32,000 nucleotides of DNA. Source: Prochlorococcus marinus subsp. pastoris str. CCMP1986 (GTDB lineage: Bacteria; Cyanobacteriota; Cyanobacteriia; PCC-6307; Cyanobiaceae). Numbering within the stretch: the first letter of the stretch is position 1; each line of letters starts with the position of its first letter. The position numbers and the translations under genes are program-made. Positions 19,755 through 30,958 of this stretch are shown in pieces. The notes beneath the pieces are model-generated. The model ran no database searches. It saw only the letters and a program-made list of their open reading frames with translations, and had not been told where the DNA came from. The stretch spans positions 150,001-182,000 of the forward strand of contig NC_005072.1 in assembly GCF_000011465.1 (NCBI RefSeq), in the 5' to 3' direction.

Positions 19755-20668
19755 TTATAAATCAAGTAATTTATTATAAATCCTGCTATTAATCCAATTC
19801 CATTTAGCGTTTGGAATTTGATAGCAATAAATTTACAATTTTTTATTGCTTCAGGTTTGTTATATGAATATTTCAACAAATTTATAAGCTTTAATGATTG
19901 AGGAAAACTTATGAGAAAAAGAACACAAAGTATCGGAATAAATCCATTAATTATTAAAAAAAGTTGGAAAACATAAATTATAAAAACTATCCAAGGAATA
20001 ATTTTAGCTCCTTTTTTCGCTCCTAAAAGAACTAAAGGTGAATTTTTACCATGTTCTTTATCTTCTTTTATCTGATGAAAATGAGAGCAAAATAGTACTA
20101 GTGTGGTTGCCAATGAGGATCCTGAACCAAGTAATAATGATTCTTTCCAAGGAATAGAAATCATGTATATATCTGATGGATTTAATGCAATTAAAGCAGC
20201 GGCGTAAGCAAAGGGGCCAAAAGCTAACCAACATAATGGTTCTCCTAAACCCTGGTATCCCAAACGAAAAGGCGGTCCTTGATATAAATATCCTAAGAAG
20301 CAGCAAGCGCCGACTAATAGCATTACATTTATGCTCGTCGAAATTGAAATAATGGCAATTACTACTAATCCAATTAATAGAGATGTATAAGCGGTAATTG
20401 AAACTATTGTTTTACTTCGCACAAGATTTACAATGGAATGAAATTTAAATTCATCAATTCCTGTTTCTGAATCAAATAAATCATTAGTTAGATTTTCCCA
20501 AATTAGTATTAATATTGCAGCGATTGTGAATGCAATTAAATTATATATTTTGACATTTTTGAAAGAGTTGAGGGTATAAGCTCCTGAAATAAACACTGGT
20601 AAAATTGCTACTGAATAAAGAGGCCATTTTATTGCTTGTTTCCATAAACTTTTATTTCTTTCATTCAT
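19751..20668 (-). CDS. menA: 1,4-dihydroxy-2-naphthoate prenyltransferase (phytyltransferase)
   Basis: 305 aa UbiA-family membrane protein; ENLTNDLFDSETGIDEFKFHS, CCFLGYLYQGPPFRLGYQGLGEPLCWLAFGPFA, DKEHGKNSPLVLLG. Confidence 0.92.
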   Translation of the reverse strand: MNERNKSLWKQAIKWPLYSVAILPVFISGAYTLNSFKNVKIYNLIAFTIAAILILIWENLTNDLFDSETGIDEFKFHSIVNLVRSKTIVSITAYTSLLIGLVVIAIISISTSINVMLLVGACCFLGYLYQGPPFRLGYQGLGEPLCWLAFGPFAYAAALIALNPSDIYMISIPWKESLLLGSGSSLATTLVLFCSHFHQIKEDKEHGKNSPLVLLGAKKGAKIIPWIVFIIYVFQLFLIINGFIPILCVLFLISFPQSLKLINLLKYSYNKPEAIKNCKFIAIKFQTLNGIGLIAGFIINYLIYK

Positions 20669-20766
20669 TATTAATGCAGTTAAGAAAAACTATAATTATT
20701 AAATATAGTTTATAAATTGAGTTACATTTTTTACTTTAATGCATGATTTTTAGTTATTTTCAATAA

Positions 20767-22167
20767 GTGATGAAAAATAATTTAAACTTTTCAGATTTTT
20801 TAAAAGGCGTTTTTTCCAATTTCGATAAGAAAGGGGTAAATTCAGGATTAGTAAGTATTTGTATTGAGATACCTTGTGTTAATTTATTTGATGTATATGA
20901 ATTTTTCATTGATAAATATTCTTTTTCTTCTTTTTGGGAAGAGGATAATAAAATGTCTTATATAGCTCTTGAGAAATGTAAATATCTAACTTTAGAAGGG
21001 CCTAAAAAATTTAAAGTAGCCAAAGAATTTAGCGATGAGAACTTTAATAATCTAATAAATTTGACTGATGAATCGAATAACTCTGCGCTTTCAAAAATAA
21101 TTTATTTTTTTTCTTTTTCAGAGAATCTAAAGAAAAAATATTGCTTGTTTGACGTTCCTGGTTTAGAGGCCATTTTACCTAAAATATTGATTATTAAAAA
21201 CAAAAAGAATTGTTGGTTAAGAATTAATGCACATGTAGAGGGTAAATCTTCTTTGAGGACTTTAATTGAAGAACTATGGTCAATAAGGGATCAGATCTTA
21301 AATTCAAAAAATCAAAAAAGTAAAAATATTTTTAATTATCCTTCGATCAATTATTTTTTGAATTCTTTAGAATTATCAAATAATAATCTGAATCAATTAA
21401 TAAAAAAGGGAATTAAATTAGTAGAAAAAGGTAGCCTTGACAAGATAGTTTTAGCTTCAAGAGTCAAAATAGAATTTAAAAATAAATTAAATCTAATAAA
21501 TATTTTAAAAAAATTAAAAACTAATCAACCAAATACTTGCAGATATGTTTGGAGGAGAAATAGTAAAGATATTATATTCGGAGCATCGCCTGAAAGATTA
21601 TTTTCTTTAAGGAAGCCTGATCTGGTTTTAGAAGCTATTGCTGGAACAGTATCAAGTGATTTAAATCCGGATTCTCTTATGGAAAGCTCTAAGGATATAA
21701 AAGAGCATAATTATGTACTTGAGTATTTAATTAAATCTTTGGAAGTTTTAAAGATTAATAACCATACAAAAAGTTCTTTAAAGGTAACTTCTTTTGGAGA
21801 TATTTCTCATTTACAAACTTTGGTATATTCCAAGATTAATAACATATGCCCTTTTGATTTGCTTAGAGTTTTACATCCATCTCCAGCAGTCTGTGGATCT
21901 CCTAAAAAGGAGGCAATTAATTGGATAAACACACTTGAATCATTTTCTAGAGGAAATTATGCTTCGCCAATAGGGTGGGTAGATTCTGAAGGGAATTCAG
22001 AATTCAGAGTAGCTATAAGAGGAGCACGTTATATTGATCAAAATCTAGAATTTACGGCTGGTTCAGGGTTAGTAAAAGGTTCTATCTCTAAAAAAGAAAT
22101 TGAGGAGATTCAACTTAAATTTCAATCTTTAGTGAAGCAAATATTTCTTGCCAAAACCACTAAATAA
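20767..22167 (+). CDS. menF: Isochorismate synthase (chorismate-binding)
   Basis: 466 aa; [97 protein letters not shown]. Confidence 0.93.
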   Translation: MMKNNLNFSDFLKGVFSNFDKKGVNSGLVSICIEIPCVNLFDVYEFFIDKYSFSSFWEEDNKMSYIALEKCKYLTLEGPKKFKVAKEFSDENFNNLINLTDESNNSALSKIIYFFSFSENLKKKYCLFDVPGLEAILPKILIIKNKKNCWLRINAHVEGKSSLRTLIEELWSIRDQILNSKNQKSKNIFNYPSINYFLNSLELSNNNLNQLIKKGIKLVEKGSLDKIVLASRVKIEFKNKLNLINILKKLKTNQPNTCRYVWRRNSKDIIFGASPERLFSLRKPDLVLEAIAGTVSSDLNPDSLMESSKDIKEHNYVLEYLIKSLEVLKINNHTKSSLKVTSFGDISHLQTLVYSKINNICPFDLLRVLHPSPAVCGSPKKEAINWINTLESFSRGNYASPIGWVDSEGNSEFRVAIRGARYIDQNLEFTAGSGLVKGSISKKEIEEIQLKFQSLVKQIFLAKTTK

Positions 22168-23083
22168 TTTCTAATAATTTTTCAATTACTTTATCCGAAA
22201 CACTTTTGTTAGATAAAGTTTCTATCTCTCTTAATCCTGTTGGGCTTGTTACATTAATTTCACTAAGCATTTCATTTATTACATCTATACCAACAAAGAA
22301 TAAACCTTCATCTTTGAAATGTTGAGATAACTCAGTACAAATCTTTTTTTCTTTAGCTGTAAGGTTTGTTTTTTCTGCTTTACCTCCCATAGCTAAATTA
22401 CTCCTAAAGTCTCCTCCTTGAGGAATTCTATTTATTGATCCAATTGGCTCACCGTTAACAATAATTATTCTTTTATCCCCTTCTTTTACTTCGGGAATGA
22501 ATTTTTGCATCATTACTGGTAATTGTTCTTGCGATGTTATTAATTCAATCATTGCTTTAATACCTGGAGAATCCTTAGTTAGACGAATAACGCCTTGTCC
22601 TCCTTTTCCGCCAAGTGGTTTAACAACAACATCATGATTAATTTGTGCAAAATTAATAAGATCTTTTACTTTACTTGCAACTATTGTTGGAGCCATCAAA
22701 TGGCTGTACCTCAATGCCCCTAATTTTTCGTTCCAAGCACGTAATGAGGAAGGCTTATTTATAACTTTTACTCCTTTTCTTTCAGCCACTTCCAAAAGAT
22801 GAGTTGCATATAAATATCCCTCATTTACTGGGGGATCTTTTCTCATCCAAATACAATTAAATTCAGCAAGAGGGATACATTTATTTTCTTTAAAAGAAAC
22901 CCATGGACAAACTTCAGCTCTCCAAGAAGATGCCCATACTTCATCTCCTCTTGCCTCTAGATCTTGAGGAGTACAAATCCATACTTCTATCTTTTTCTTG
23001 GAAGAAGCTTGCATTAATGCTGCAGATGAATCTTTTAATGGATTTATATTTTTTATTGGGTCAACTACAAATAGAAATTTCAT
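22160..23083 (-). CDS. gshB: Glutathione synthetase
   Basis: 307 aa; [76 protein letters not shown]. Confidence 0.95.
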   Translation of the reverse strand: MKFLFVVDPIKNINPLKDSSAALMQASSKKKIEVWICTPQDLEARGDEVWASSWRAEVCPWVSFKENKCIPLAEFNCIWMRKDPPVNEGYLYATHLLEVAERKGVKVINKPSSLRAWNEKLGALRYSHLMAPTIVASKVKDLINFAQINHDVVVKPLGGKGGQGVIRLTKDSPGIKAMIELITSQEQLPVMMQKFIPEVKEGDKRIIIVNGEPIGSINRIPQGGDFRSNLAMGGKAEKTNLTAKEKKICTELSQHFKDEGLFFVGIDVINEMLSEINVTSPTGLREIETLSNKSVSDKVIEKLLEII

Positions 23084-23088
23084 ATTAT

Positions 23089-23343
23089 CTAATTCAGTAA
23101 TAAGTCCAGTTTGTCTTCTTTTTCTAATTCATAAAGTTCGTCACAACCACCAATACTTTTGTCATCAATGAAAATTTGAGGAACTGTTCTTTTACCATTA
23201 GCTCTCTCCATCATGAGTTCCCTTGCATTATCATCGCCATCTATTTTATGTTCAGTAAAAGTTATATTTTTTTTTTCAAGTAAAGATTTCGCTCGTATGC
23301 AGAATGGGCAAAATCGCCAAGTATAAATTTCAACTTTAGACAT
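23089..23343 (-). CDS. grxC: Glutaredoxin
   Basis: 84 aa; [43 protein letters not shown]. Confidence 0.93.
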   Translation of the reverse strand: MSKVEIYTWRFCPFCIRAKSLLEKKNITFTEHKIDGDDNARELMMERANGKRTVPQIFIDDKSIGGCDELYELEKEDKLDLLLN

Positions 23344-23419
23344 TTTTTTAAAATATTATTTACTTTATACTATTAAATAAAAGTGCTTGTTAGATTATAA
23401 ATAACAATTAAATTCTATT

Positions 23420-24542
23420 TTGATAGATATAACAGAATTTAAAAAAGATCTTTCAGAGTTAACCAAGCGCCTGGGTAATGCTCAGGATTGTCTTTGACGT
23501 TCCCAATTTAGTAGCTAAGAAAAAAGAGTTAGAGCAAATTGCTGCTCAACCAGAATTCTGGGGTAATCAGGCAGATGCAAAAAAACATATGCTCAACCTT
23601 GATGATGTTAGAGATCAACTTCAATTGTTAGATAAATGGAAAATGTTCATTTCTGATGCTGAAGCTTCTCTTGAGCTTTATTCCTTAGAGCCTGAAGAAG
23701 AAATGATTGTTGAGTCACATCAAGGGTTAGTCACTTTAAGAGAGAATTTAGATAAGTGGGAATTCCAAAGATTATTATGTGGTGAATATGATAAAGAAGC
23801 TGCTATCGTCTCTATTAATGCTGGTGCAGGTGGCACTGATGCACAAGATTGGGTGGAAATTCTATTAAGAATGTATTCAAGATGGGTAGATAATAATGGA
23901 ATGAGCTTAGAAATTACTGATTTATCTGATGGAGAAGAAGCAGGTATTAAAAGCGTTACTTTTGAAGTTAATGGTAAATATGCTTATGGTTATCTTCAAA
24001 ATGAAAAAGGTACTCATAGATTAGTAAGAATCTCACCGTTTAATGCAAATGGTAAAAGACAAACTAGTTTCGCTGGAGTTGAGGTCATGCCTAAATTAGA
24101 TCAAAGTATTTCATTAGATATTCCTGATAAAGATTTAGAAATTACAACTAGTAGATCAGGTGGAGCTGGTGGACAAAACGTTAATAAAGTAGAAACAGCA
24201 GTAAGGATTGTACATTTGCCTTCAGGAATCGCTGTAAGATGTACTCAAGAGAGATCTCAGTTACAAAATAAGGAGAAAGCAATGTTATTGCTTAAAGCTA
24301 AATTATTAGTAATAGCTAAAGAACAAAGAGCTTCTGAAATATCGGATATTAAAGGTGATATTGTTGAAGCTGCATGGGGTAATCAAATACGAAATTATGT
24401 TTTTCATCCCTATCAAATGGTCAAAGATTTAAGAACAATGAAAGAGACTAATGATTTAGATGCAGTTCTTAATGGTGGATTAGATCAATTTATTCATGAA
24501 TTATTACGTATGAATATTTCTTCTAAAGAGTCTATTAAATAA
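23420..24542 (+). CDS. prfB: Peptide chain release factor 2, expressed through programmed +1 frameshift at CTT-TGA-C (23492-23498)
   Basis: Short first frame from probable TTG at 23420: (M)[24 protein letters not shown] then TGA (23495-23497); +1 frame continues [22 protein letters not shown]... with GGQ motif [18 protein letters not shown]. The tracked ORF 23478..24542 begins at an artefactual ATG in the +1 frame. Confidence 0.93.
23484..23498 (+). promoter_or_regulatory. RF2 programmed frameshift element (internal AGGAT, slippery CTT, TGA stop, C context)
   Basis: Sequence AGGATTGTCTTTGAC matches the architecture of the known E. coli-type prfB site (SD-like, CUU UGA C). Confidence 0.9.
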
Positions 24543-24546
24543 ATTT

Positions 24547-24729
24547 ATGGCAAATAAAAACGAAAATTTAGAAAAAAAAGTTTCTCCTCCTAGCTTTATA
24601 AAACTAGCTATGAGAAACATGGTTAGGAAGGGTTCTAAAAGTATTTCTCATTTTTCAATTACTTTTTTAATTCTGATCGGACTTTTAATTTTAATAGCTA
24701 CTTTAGGAAAGCCTAATATGCCAGTTTAA
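24547..24729 (+). CDS. Small single-pass membrane protein (60 aa), probable DUF3285-type conserved cyanobacterial protein
   Basis: [60 protein letters not shown]; tight spacing within the prfB-ybeY gene string. Confidence 0.8.
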   Translation: MANKNENLEKKVSPPSFIKLAMRNMVRKGSKSISHFSITFLILIGLLILIATLGKPNMPV

Positions 24730-24736
24730 TAAAAGT

Positions 24737-25279
24737 ATGTATCAAAAAGATTTATATGACTTACAAATAGATTTAGTCTTTAAATGTAATGATTTTTCTA
24801 ATTTATCAAATCATTTTATAAATAAGTCAGATAATATTATTTTCGAATCTGGTTTTTGGGAAGAAGTATTATTGTGTTGGATTAAAATAATTCTAGATGA
24901 AAAAGATACTTCTTTTCCAAATTTTATTTTATACAAAAAAAGTTTTTCGTTAAGTTTGCAGATTATTAATGATAATGAAATTTCTTCTATTAATCAAAAG
25001 TGGATGAATAAATCTGGGTCAACTGATGTTTTATCTTTCCCAATTATTTCTGATGAAGATACTACTAAAGATTTAAATTTTATTGAATTAGGAGATTTAT
25101 TTATATCCTTAGAAACTGCTTTTAAACAATCCTTAGAATTTAATCATTCTATTAAAAAAGAAATGCTCTGGTTAGCAAGTCATGGATTATTACATCTTTT
25201 GGGATGGGAACATAATGATGATTATGAATTAGATAATATGTTAAATTTTCAAGAATATTTAATTTCAAAATTAGATTGA
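24737..25279 (+). CDS. ybeY: Endoribonuclease YbeY / rRNA maturation factor
   Basis: 180 aa; [40 protein letters not shown] (HGxLHLxGxxH type). Confidence 0.93.
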   Translation: MYQKDLYDLQIDLVFKCNDFSNLSNHFINKSDNIIFESGFWEEVLLCWIKIILDEKDTSFPNFILYKKSFSLSLQIINDNEISSINQKWMNKSGSTDVLSFPIISDEDTTKDLNFIELGDLFISLETAFKQSLEFNHSIKKEMLWLASHGLLHLLGWEHNDDYELDNMLNFQEYLISKLD

Positions 25280-25301
25280 AAGATTTATTAATTAACTATA
25301 A

Positions 25302-25718
25302 ATGAAGAGGAAAGCAAAACTTTTAAAAAGTAGAAGAAGGTCATATAGGACATCTAAAAATGTTTTAATAAGTTTTAGATACGCTTTTAATGGGATTAAA
25401 TATACATTTAAAAATTCAAGAAATTTTAAAATTCAAGTTCTTTTTGCTTTTTTTAGTTTAATCATAGGTTCTATTCTTCAACTTGATAAAAGCGATTATT
25501 TGATTATGCTGGGGACTATTTTTTCTGTATTGACTTTAGAAATAATAAATACATCAATCGAATCTTTAGTTGATCTAGTGATTAAAAAAAAGTTTAGTAA
25601 TCTTGCTAAAATCGCAAAGGACTGTTCAGCAGGTGCTGTATTATTAGCTTCAATTAATTCTGTTATTATTGGTCTATGCTTATTTATTCCTAAAATGAAG
25701 TTATTATTTTTAAATTGA
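25302..25718 (+). CDS. dgkA: Diacylglycerol kinase (prokaryotic DgkA type)
   Basis: 138 aa; SFRYAFNGIKYTFKNSRNFKIQ, LEIINTSIESLVDLV, AKDCSAGAVLLASINSV. Confidence 0.93.
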   Translation: MKRKAKLLKSRRRSYRTSKNVLISFRYAFNGIKYTFKNSRNFKIQVLFAFFSLIIGSILQLDKSDYLIMLGTIFSVLTLEIINTSIESLVDLVIKKKFSNLAKIAKDCSAGAVLLASINSVIIGLCLFIPKMKLLFLN

Positions 25719-25725
25719 AAAAGAT

Positions 25726-26322
25726 ATGTTTCTAGTTATTGATAATTATGATAGTTTTACTTATAACCTTGTTCAATACTTGGGAGAACTTTCAGTAGAA
25801 CATAATATAACAAAAGAATTATTAGTAAAAAGAAATGATGAAATTACTTTAGAAGAAATAAGACATATTAATCCTGATGGTATTTTATTGTCTCCTGGTC
25901 CAGGGAATCCAGATCAGTCAGGTATTTGTCTGGCTATTCTCCAAAACTTATCAAAGGAAATTCCAATATTAGGAGTCTGTTTAGGTCATCAAGCCTTGGC
26001 TCAAGCCTATGGCGGCAAAGTAATAGTGGGTAAAGAATTAATGCATGGCAAGACCTCAAAAATTATTCACAATAAAAAAGGATTATTCAAAGATATTGAT
26101 AGCCCATTTGTGGCTACTAGATATCATAGTCTTATAGTAGATTCAGAATCTCTCCCCTCTTGTTTTGAAATAACTGCAACTTTAGAGGATTCAACGATTA
26201 TGGCAATTTCGCATAAAGAATATAAAAAGTTACATGGTGTTCAGTTTCATCCAGAAAGTGTTCTAACCCAATTTGGACATAAATTAATCAGTAATTTTCT
26301 AAATATGGCTGAACAGAAGTAA
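25726..26322 (+). CDS. trpG: Anthranilate synthase / aminodeoxychorismate synthase glutamine amidotransferase subunit
   Basis: 198 aa; DNYDSFTYNLVQYLGEL, LSPGPGNPDQSG, ILGVCLGHQALAQAYGG, VQFHPESV. Confidence 0.93.
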   Translation: MFLVIDNYDSFTYNLVQYLGELSVEHNITKELLVKRNDEITLEEIRHINPDGILLSPGPGNPDQSGICLAILQNLSKEIPILGVCLGHQALAQAYGGKVIVGKELMHGKTSKIIHNKKGLFKDIDSPFVATRYHSLIVDSESLPSCFEITATLEDSTIMAISHKEYKKLHGVQFHPESVLTQFGHKLISNFLNMAEQK

Positions 26323-26343
26323 AATATAATTATAAAATTTTCT

Positions 26344-27072
26344 ATGAGTATTATCAAAATTAAAAAATTTTTCCTTTTTATATTATTTTTATTTTTAATA
26401 CCCTCATCCGCTATGGCAGGTGATTTGTTATTAAAAAGTTTAGGTCATGGTAGTTTTTTAATTAAAGGAAGAGAAAAATCAGTTCTTATAAATCCTTTTA
26501 AGGCTATTGGTTGTGCGAGTGATTTAAATGAGCCAAAAGACATCAATGCTGATTTTATTTTAGCTAGTTCAAAACTAGCTGATGAAGGATATAATCCAAA
26601 TGATCAATTGATGTTTGTAGAACCTGGAGTTTATAAATTCGAAGATATATTATTAAATGGAATTGAGGTTCCTCATGACAGAGTTGGGGGAAGAAGGTTC
26701 GGTATGGCTACGGTCTGGAGTTGGGAGCAGAATAATTTAAAAATAGTCCACATGGGTGGAGCTGCTGGTGAAATGGATATAAATAGTCAAATTATTTTGT
26801 CCCGTCCAGATATTTTGTTTATTTCAATAGGAGGAGGATTAAAATCTTATAACGGAAGCGAGGCCTCAGATATAGTAAAAACATTAAAACCCTCAATTGT
26901 TGTTCCTGTTCATTTTAGGAGAGGTAAAAATATTAGTGATAATTGTGATTTTTCTAATGCTGACTTTTTTCTTGAAAATATGCAAGATTTTAGAATCAAA
27001 TATCTTGGTAAAAGCTTTGAAATAAATTCAAAAAGAATTGATAAAAATACTATTTATATTTTCAAAGATTAA
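26344..27072 (+). CDS. Metallo-beta-lactamase-fold (UlaG-like) protein with signal peptide, canonical metal motif not conserved
   Basis: 242 aa; N-terminal FFLFILFLFLIPSSAMA, LGHGSFLIKG, KPSIVVPVHFR; the HxHxDH position reads LASSKLADEG. Confidence 0.75.
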   Translation: MSIIKIKKFFLFILFLFLIPSSAMAGDLLLKSLGHGSFLIKGREKSVLINPFKAIGCASDLNEPKDINADFILASSKLADEGYNPNDQLMFVEPGVYKFEDILLNGIEVPHDRVGGRRFGMATVWSWEQNNLKIVHMGGAAGEMDINSQIILSRPDILFISIGGGLKSYNGSEASDIVKTLKPSIVVPVHFRRGKNISDNCDFSNADFFLENMQDFRIKYLGKSFEINSKRIDKNTIYIFKD

Positions 27073-28178
27073 TTATTAAGATCTAATTTTTTATAAGTAC
27101 TCCAGAAAAGACTCATTTGTTCTTGAGTTCCTATACTAACCCTTATAGAATTCTCAATATCTTTTTTGTTTTTCATCTCTCTTATTAAGATACCCTTTTC
27201 TCTCATTTGCCTTGTCAAAATTTCGGGATTTTTTTTTGGCCAAATTAAAAAATAATTTCCTCCACCAAAATGTTTCCTAATTGCTATGGATTCAAATTTC
27301 TTTTCAATTAATACTCTCGCTTTTTTTACTTCAGAAACATAATCATCTATATAAGATTTATCATTTAGAGCAGCTAGTGCAGCAGTAACAGCAAAACTAT
27401 TCACATCGTAAGGCCCTGTCACTTTATTGATATATTGCATTATGCTTTTATGTCCGAAAGCAAAGCCAATTCTTAAACCAGCTAAACCAGCAGTTTTTGA
27501 AAGGGATTGAATAACAACTATATTTTTAATTTTTTTAAAGTCTATTACTGGAAGAAGACTATCTCCATTAAATTTCTCATAAAGTTCATCAACGACAATT
27601 AATGAATTTTTATTCAAATTTGCTAATTTAATTATTTCTTGAGCACTTACAACAGTACCAGTAGGATTATTTGGATTACAAATAAATATTAATTTAGGTT
27701 TATATTTAATAATTTTTTCTTTAAATCGCTTTATTGGGAATAGAAAGTTTTCTCCTTCGTAGGCACAAGTTATTTTTCTCATACCTTGTATTTCAGAACA
27801 AGGAGAATAATAACCAAAAGTCGGATTAGTGGTCAGAAAAATTTCATCCCTGTCGCCAAAAGAATTAAATATCGCATTTATTGCAGCATCAGCTCCATTA
27901 AACAAACCTATCTCTTCAGAGTCAAATTGCCTTGATTCATAATAGTGATTCGATACAAATTTTTTTAATAAGTTATATTCTGGATAGATTGAAATTTGAT
28001 TTAAATTAATATCTTTGATAGCTTCATATACTCTTTGACTGGGACCTAAAGTATTTTCGTTAAAATCTAAACGCAATAAATTTCTTCTGTTTTCTAAAGG
28101 TGCAGAATAAGATTGCATATTTATTATTTCCTTTCTTGGGAGAGGTGAAAGATTATTTATTTGATCAAATTCATTCAT
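27069..28178 (-). CDS. Histidinol-phosphate aminotransferase-like class I/II aminotransferase
   Basis: 369 aa; LRLDFNENTLGPS, FICNPNNPTGTVVS, VVDELYEKF, SLSKTAGLAGLRIGFAFG, RVSIGTQEQM. Confidence 0.88.
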   Translation of the reverse strand: MNEFDQINNLSPLPRKEIINMQSYSAPLENRRNLLRLDFNENTLGPSQRVYEAIKDINLNQISIYPEYNLLKKFVSNHYYESRQFDSEEIGLFNGADAAINAIFNSFGDRDEIFLTTNPTFGYYSPCSEIQGMRKITCAYEGENFLFPIKRFKEKIIKYKPKLIFICNPNNPTGTVVSAQEIIKLANLNKNSLIVVDELYEKFNGDSLLPVIDFKKIKNIVVIQSLSKTAGLAGLRIGFAFGHKSIMQYINKVTGPYDVNSFAVTAALAALNDKSYIDDYVSEVKKARVLIEKKFESIAIRKHFGGGNYFLIWPKKNPEILTRQMREKGILIREMKNKKDIENSIRVSIGTQEQMSLFWSTYKKLDLNN

Positions 28179-29989
28179 TACATTCTCTCTAAGGTTTCAA
28201 TTCCAAGAAGCTCTAAACTTAATTTTAAAGTCTTTTCAGTTAAAGCACATAATGTAAGTCTTGAAATCTTTGTATCTATTTCTCCCTTAAGAATAGGAAC
28301 TTGATCATAAAATCTATTAAAAGTCTTACATAATTCAAACAGATAATTACATAGTCTATTTGGCATTAAGTCTTTTTCTATCGAAATAATAACTTCATCA
28401 AATTTAAGTAATTTCCTTATAAGCTTCCACTCTAAATCATGGCTATAGGAAATAGATTCCAAATTTATTGCCTCTTCAGTCATATTATTTTTTCTATTAA
28501 TTCCTGAAATTCTTACAAGTGTATACAAAAGATAAGGCGCCGTATTTCCATTAAGAGAAAGCATTTTTTCAAAACTAAATTGATAATTTGTGATTCTATT
28601 TTGGCTTAAATCAGCATATTTTACTGCTCCGATTCCAATAACTTTTGAAGTATTTAAAACAAAATCATCATTTTCAAAACGACTTTCGTTCTCTAATCTT
28701 TTTAATAGATCTTCTTTTGCTCTTTTAACTGACTCTGATAATAAATCTTTGAGTTTTATGGTATCTCCCTCTCTTGTTTTAAGTTTTTTGCCATCAATTC
28801 CTTGTACTAGCCCAAATGGGACGTGATTTACTTCACAATCTTTAGGGATCCAATTAGCTCTTTTTGCAACTTGAAAAACTCCTGCAAAATGATTGGATTG
28901 TCCATGATCTGTTACATAAATAATTCTAGCTGCATTATCGCCATAAGGTTCCTTAGTAAATCGATATCTTAGAGCAGCAAGATCAGTAGTTGCATAATTG
29001 AACCCACCGTCTTTTTTCTGAATAATAAGTGGTAATGGATTACCTTCTTTATTAGTCATGCCATCAAGAAAAACACATTTTGCGCCTTGATCTTCTATTA
29101 AAATTTTCTTGTAATTTAAATCCTCAATTATTGATTTTAAAAACGGATTATAAAAGGATTCTCCTCTTTCCTTAATTTTTATGTTCAATGTTTTATAGAT
29201 TTGATCAAACTCTTTTCTTGATTGATTACATAATAATTTCCATGCTTCAATTGATTTTTTATCTCCACTTTGTAATTGAACAACCTCTTCTCTTGATCTC
29301 TTTTGAAATTCTGTTTCATTATCAAATCTTTTTTTTGAAGCTTTATAGAATTCAACTAAATCACTAATTTTTATTCTATCGATTTCTTTAAGATCACTTG
29401 AATATAAATCTTTAAGCTGTGTAATAAGCATTCCAAATTGTGTACCCCAATCTCCAATGTGATTTAGTCTTAAAACGATATATCCTCTAAATTCGAAAAT
29501 TTTTGAGATCGAATCTCCTATAATTGTTGATCTTAGATGACCCACATGCATTTCTTTAGCAATATTAGGACTTGAAAAATCTACGATAACTTTTTTTTTG
29601 GAATAAATATTATTTTTATGGGATAAAGGAACACCTGCTCTAGGGCATTTAATATTAGATTTTATTGCTTCAATCAAAACTTTATTTTTTAATTTTATAT
29701 TTATAAAACCTGGTCCCGCAATTTCTAAATTTTCACACAAATTAGATATCTTTTTATTTTCTTTGAGGGTCTCAATAAATGCAATAGCAATTTCTCTAGG
29801 GTTACTTTTATAAATCTTAGATAAAACCAGACATATATTACATTGATAATCACCAAACTCCTCTTTAGATGCTTGATTAATTAGATTTTTACGTATTTTT
29901 TCAAATTCTTCTTTCTTTTCATTTTTTATAAGACTTTCTAGAAGGGTTTCTTCAAAGCTTTTAGTTAATTCTTTAAAAATTGTCTGCAT
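28178..29989 (-). CDS. argS: Arginyl-tRNA synthetase
   Basis: 603 aa; [82 protein letters not shown]. Confidence 0.97.
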
Positions 29990-30016
29990 GAATTATTAAA
30001 ATGCTATTCGAGTCAT

Positions 30017-30883
30017 TTAATTAATATAACGCATACTAAAATCAATCCAATTACTTTTAGTAATTGAAGAACTTGTTGAAATCAAATCAATTCCATCAAT
30101 TAAATAGTTACTAATGTTTATTGGATTAATTCCAGATACCTCTATGATTAAATCATTCCTAATTGTTCTAATAGAGTTATTTGTTGATAACTGTCTTAAT
30201 TCTTTAATGCCTTCTTTAAGTAATTCAGGATTAAATTCATCTAACAAAATACTATCTGCACCTGCTAAAACTGCATCTTTTGCTTGCTTCATATCTTCTG
30301 CTTCAATAATAATATGAGTTGTAAAGGGAGTATTTAATCTAATTTTTTCAACTGCATTTTTCAAGTTATCAGTCCATGCAATATGGTTTTCTTTAATCAT
30401 TGCAGCATCATATAATCCCATTCTATGATTAATACCACCACCACATTTAAAAGCATACTTTTCAAATATTCTTAAACCAGGAGTAGTTTTTCTTGTATCT
30501 GCTAAATTTATATTTGTACCTTTCAGAACATCTACAATATTTTTTGTATAAGTTGAGATTCCCGATAAATGCATTGAGATATTGAGACTTATTCTTTCGC
30601 TTGCTAAAAGACTTCTTGAAGGGCCATTTAGTTCAAGAAGCTTTTGATACTTCAAAAATTTTTCACCATCATTAATAAAAAAATTGTACTCTATCTTTTC
30701 GTCAATTTTTTTTAAAATTTCTTTTATTATTCCAACACCACAAAATATTCCTTCCTCTTTTGCTATCCAATGGGCTTTTCCTATTTTTTTGGTAATAGCA
30801 GAAGCTGTAAGATCACCTTTACCGATATCTTCTTCAATCCAACCATCAATAATTCTAGAAATATTTGGAGAGTATAAATCCAC
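30017..30883 (-). CDS. nadC: Nicotinate-nucleotide pyrophosphorylase (quinolinate phosphoribosyltransferase)
   Basis: 288 aa; EEDIGKGDLTA, LNISMHLSGISTYT, LADTRKTTPGLRIFEKYAFKCGGGINHRMGLYDAAMIKENH, ADSILLDEF. Confidence 0.95.
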   Translation of the reverse strand: MDLYSPNISRIIDGWIEEDIGKGDLTASAITKKIGKAHWIAKEEGIFCGVGIIKEILKKIDEKIEYNFFINDGEKFLKYQKLLELNGPSRSLLASERISLNISMHLSGISTYTKNIVDVLKGTNINLADTRKTTPGLRIFEKYAFKCGGGINHRMGLYDAAMIKENHIAWTDNLKNAVEKIRLNTPFTTHIIIEAEDMKQAKDAVLAGADSILLDEFNPELLKEGIKELRQLSTNNSIRTIRNDLIIEVSGINPINISNYLIDGIDLISTSSSITKSNWIDFSMRYIN

Positions 30884-30958
30884 TAAATTTGAATAAGATA
30901 AAAATTTTATTTTAACTTTTAAATTTTACTTTATACATTTATGTATTTTAATAAAAAT

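Noticed and set aside
17993-20306. ORFs 17993..18181 (+) and 20058..20306 (+)
   Set aside because: Antisense inside menE and menA; no protein-like features.
22903-23100. Plus-strand ORF opposite the gshB 5' end
   Set aside because: Leucine-rich antisense translation product of gshB; it would also span the gshB/grxC junction without support.
23478-23495. ATG at 23478 as the prfB start codon
   Set aside because: It would give an N-terminus MLRIVFD from the frameshift region itself; the in-frame TGA/+1 architecture explains the locus better.
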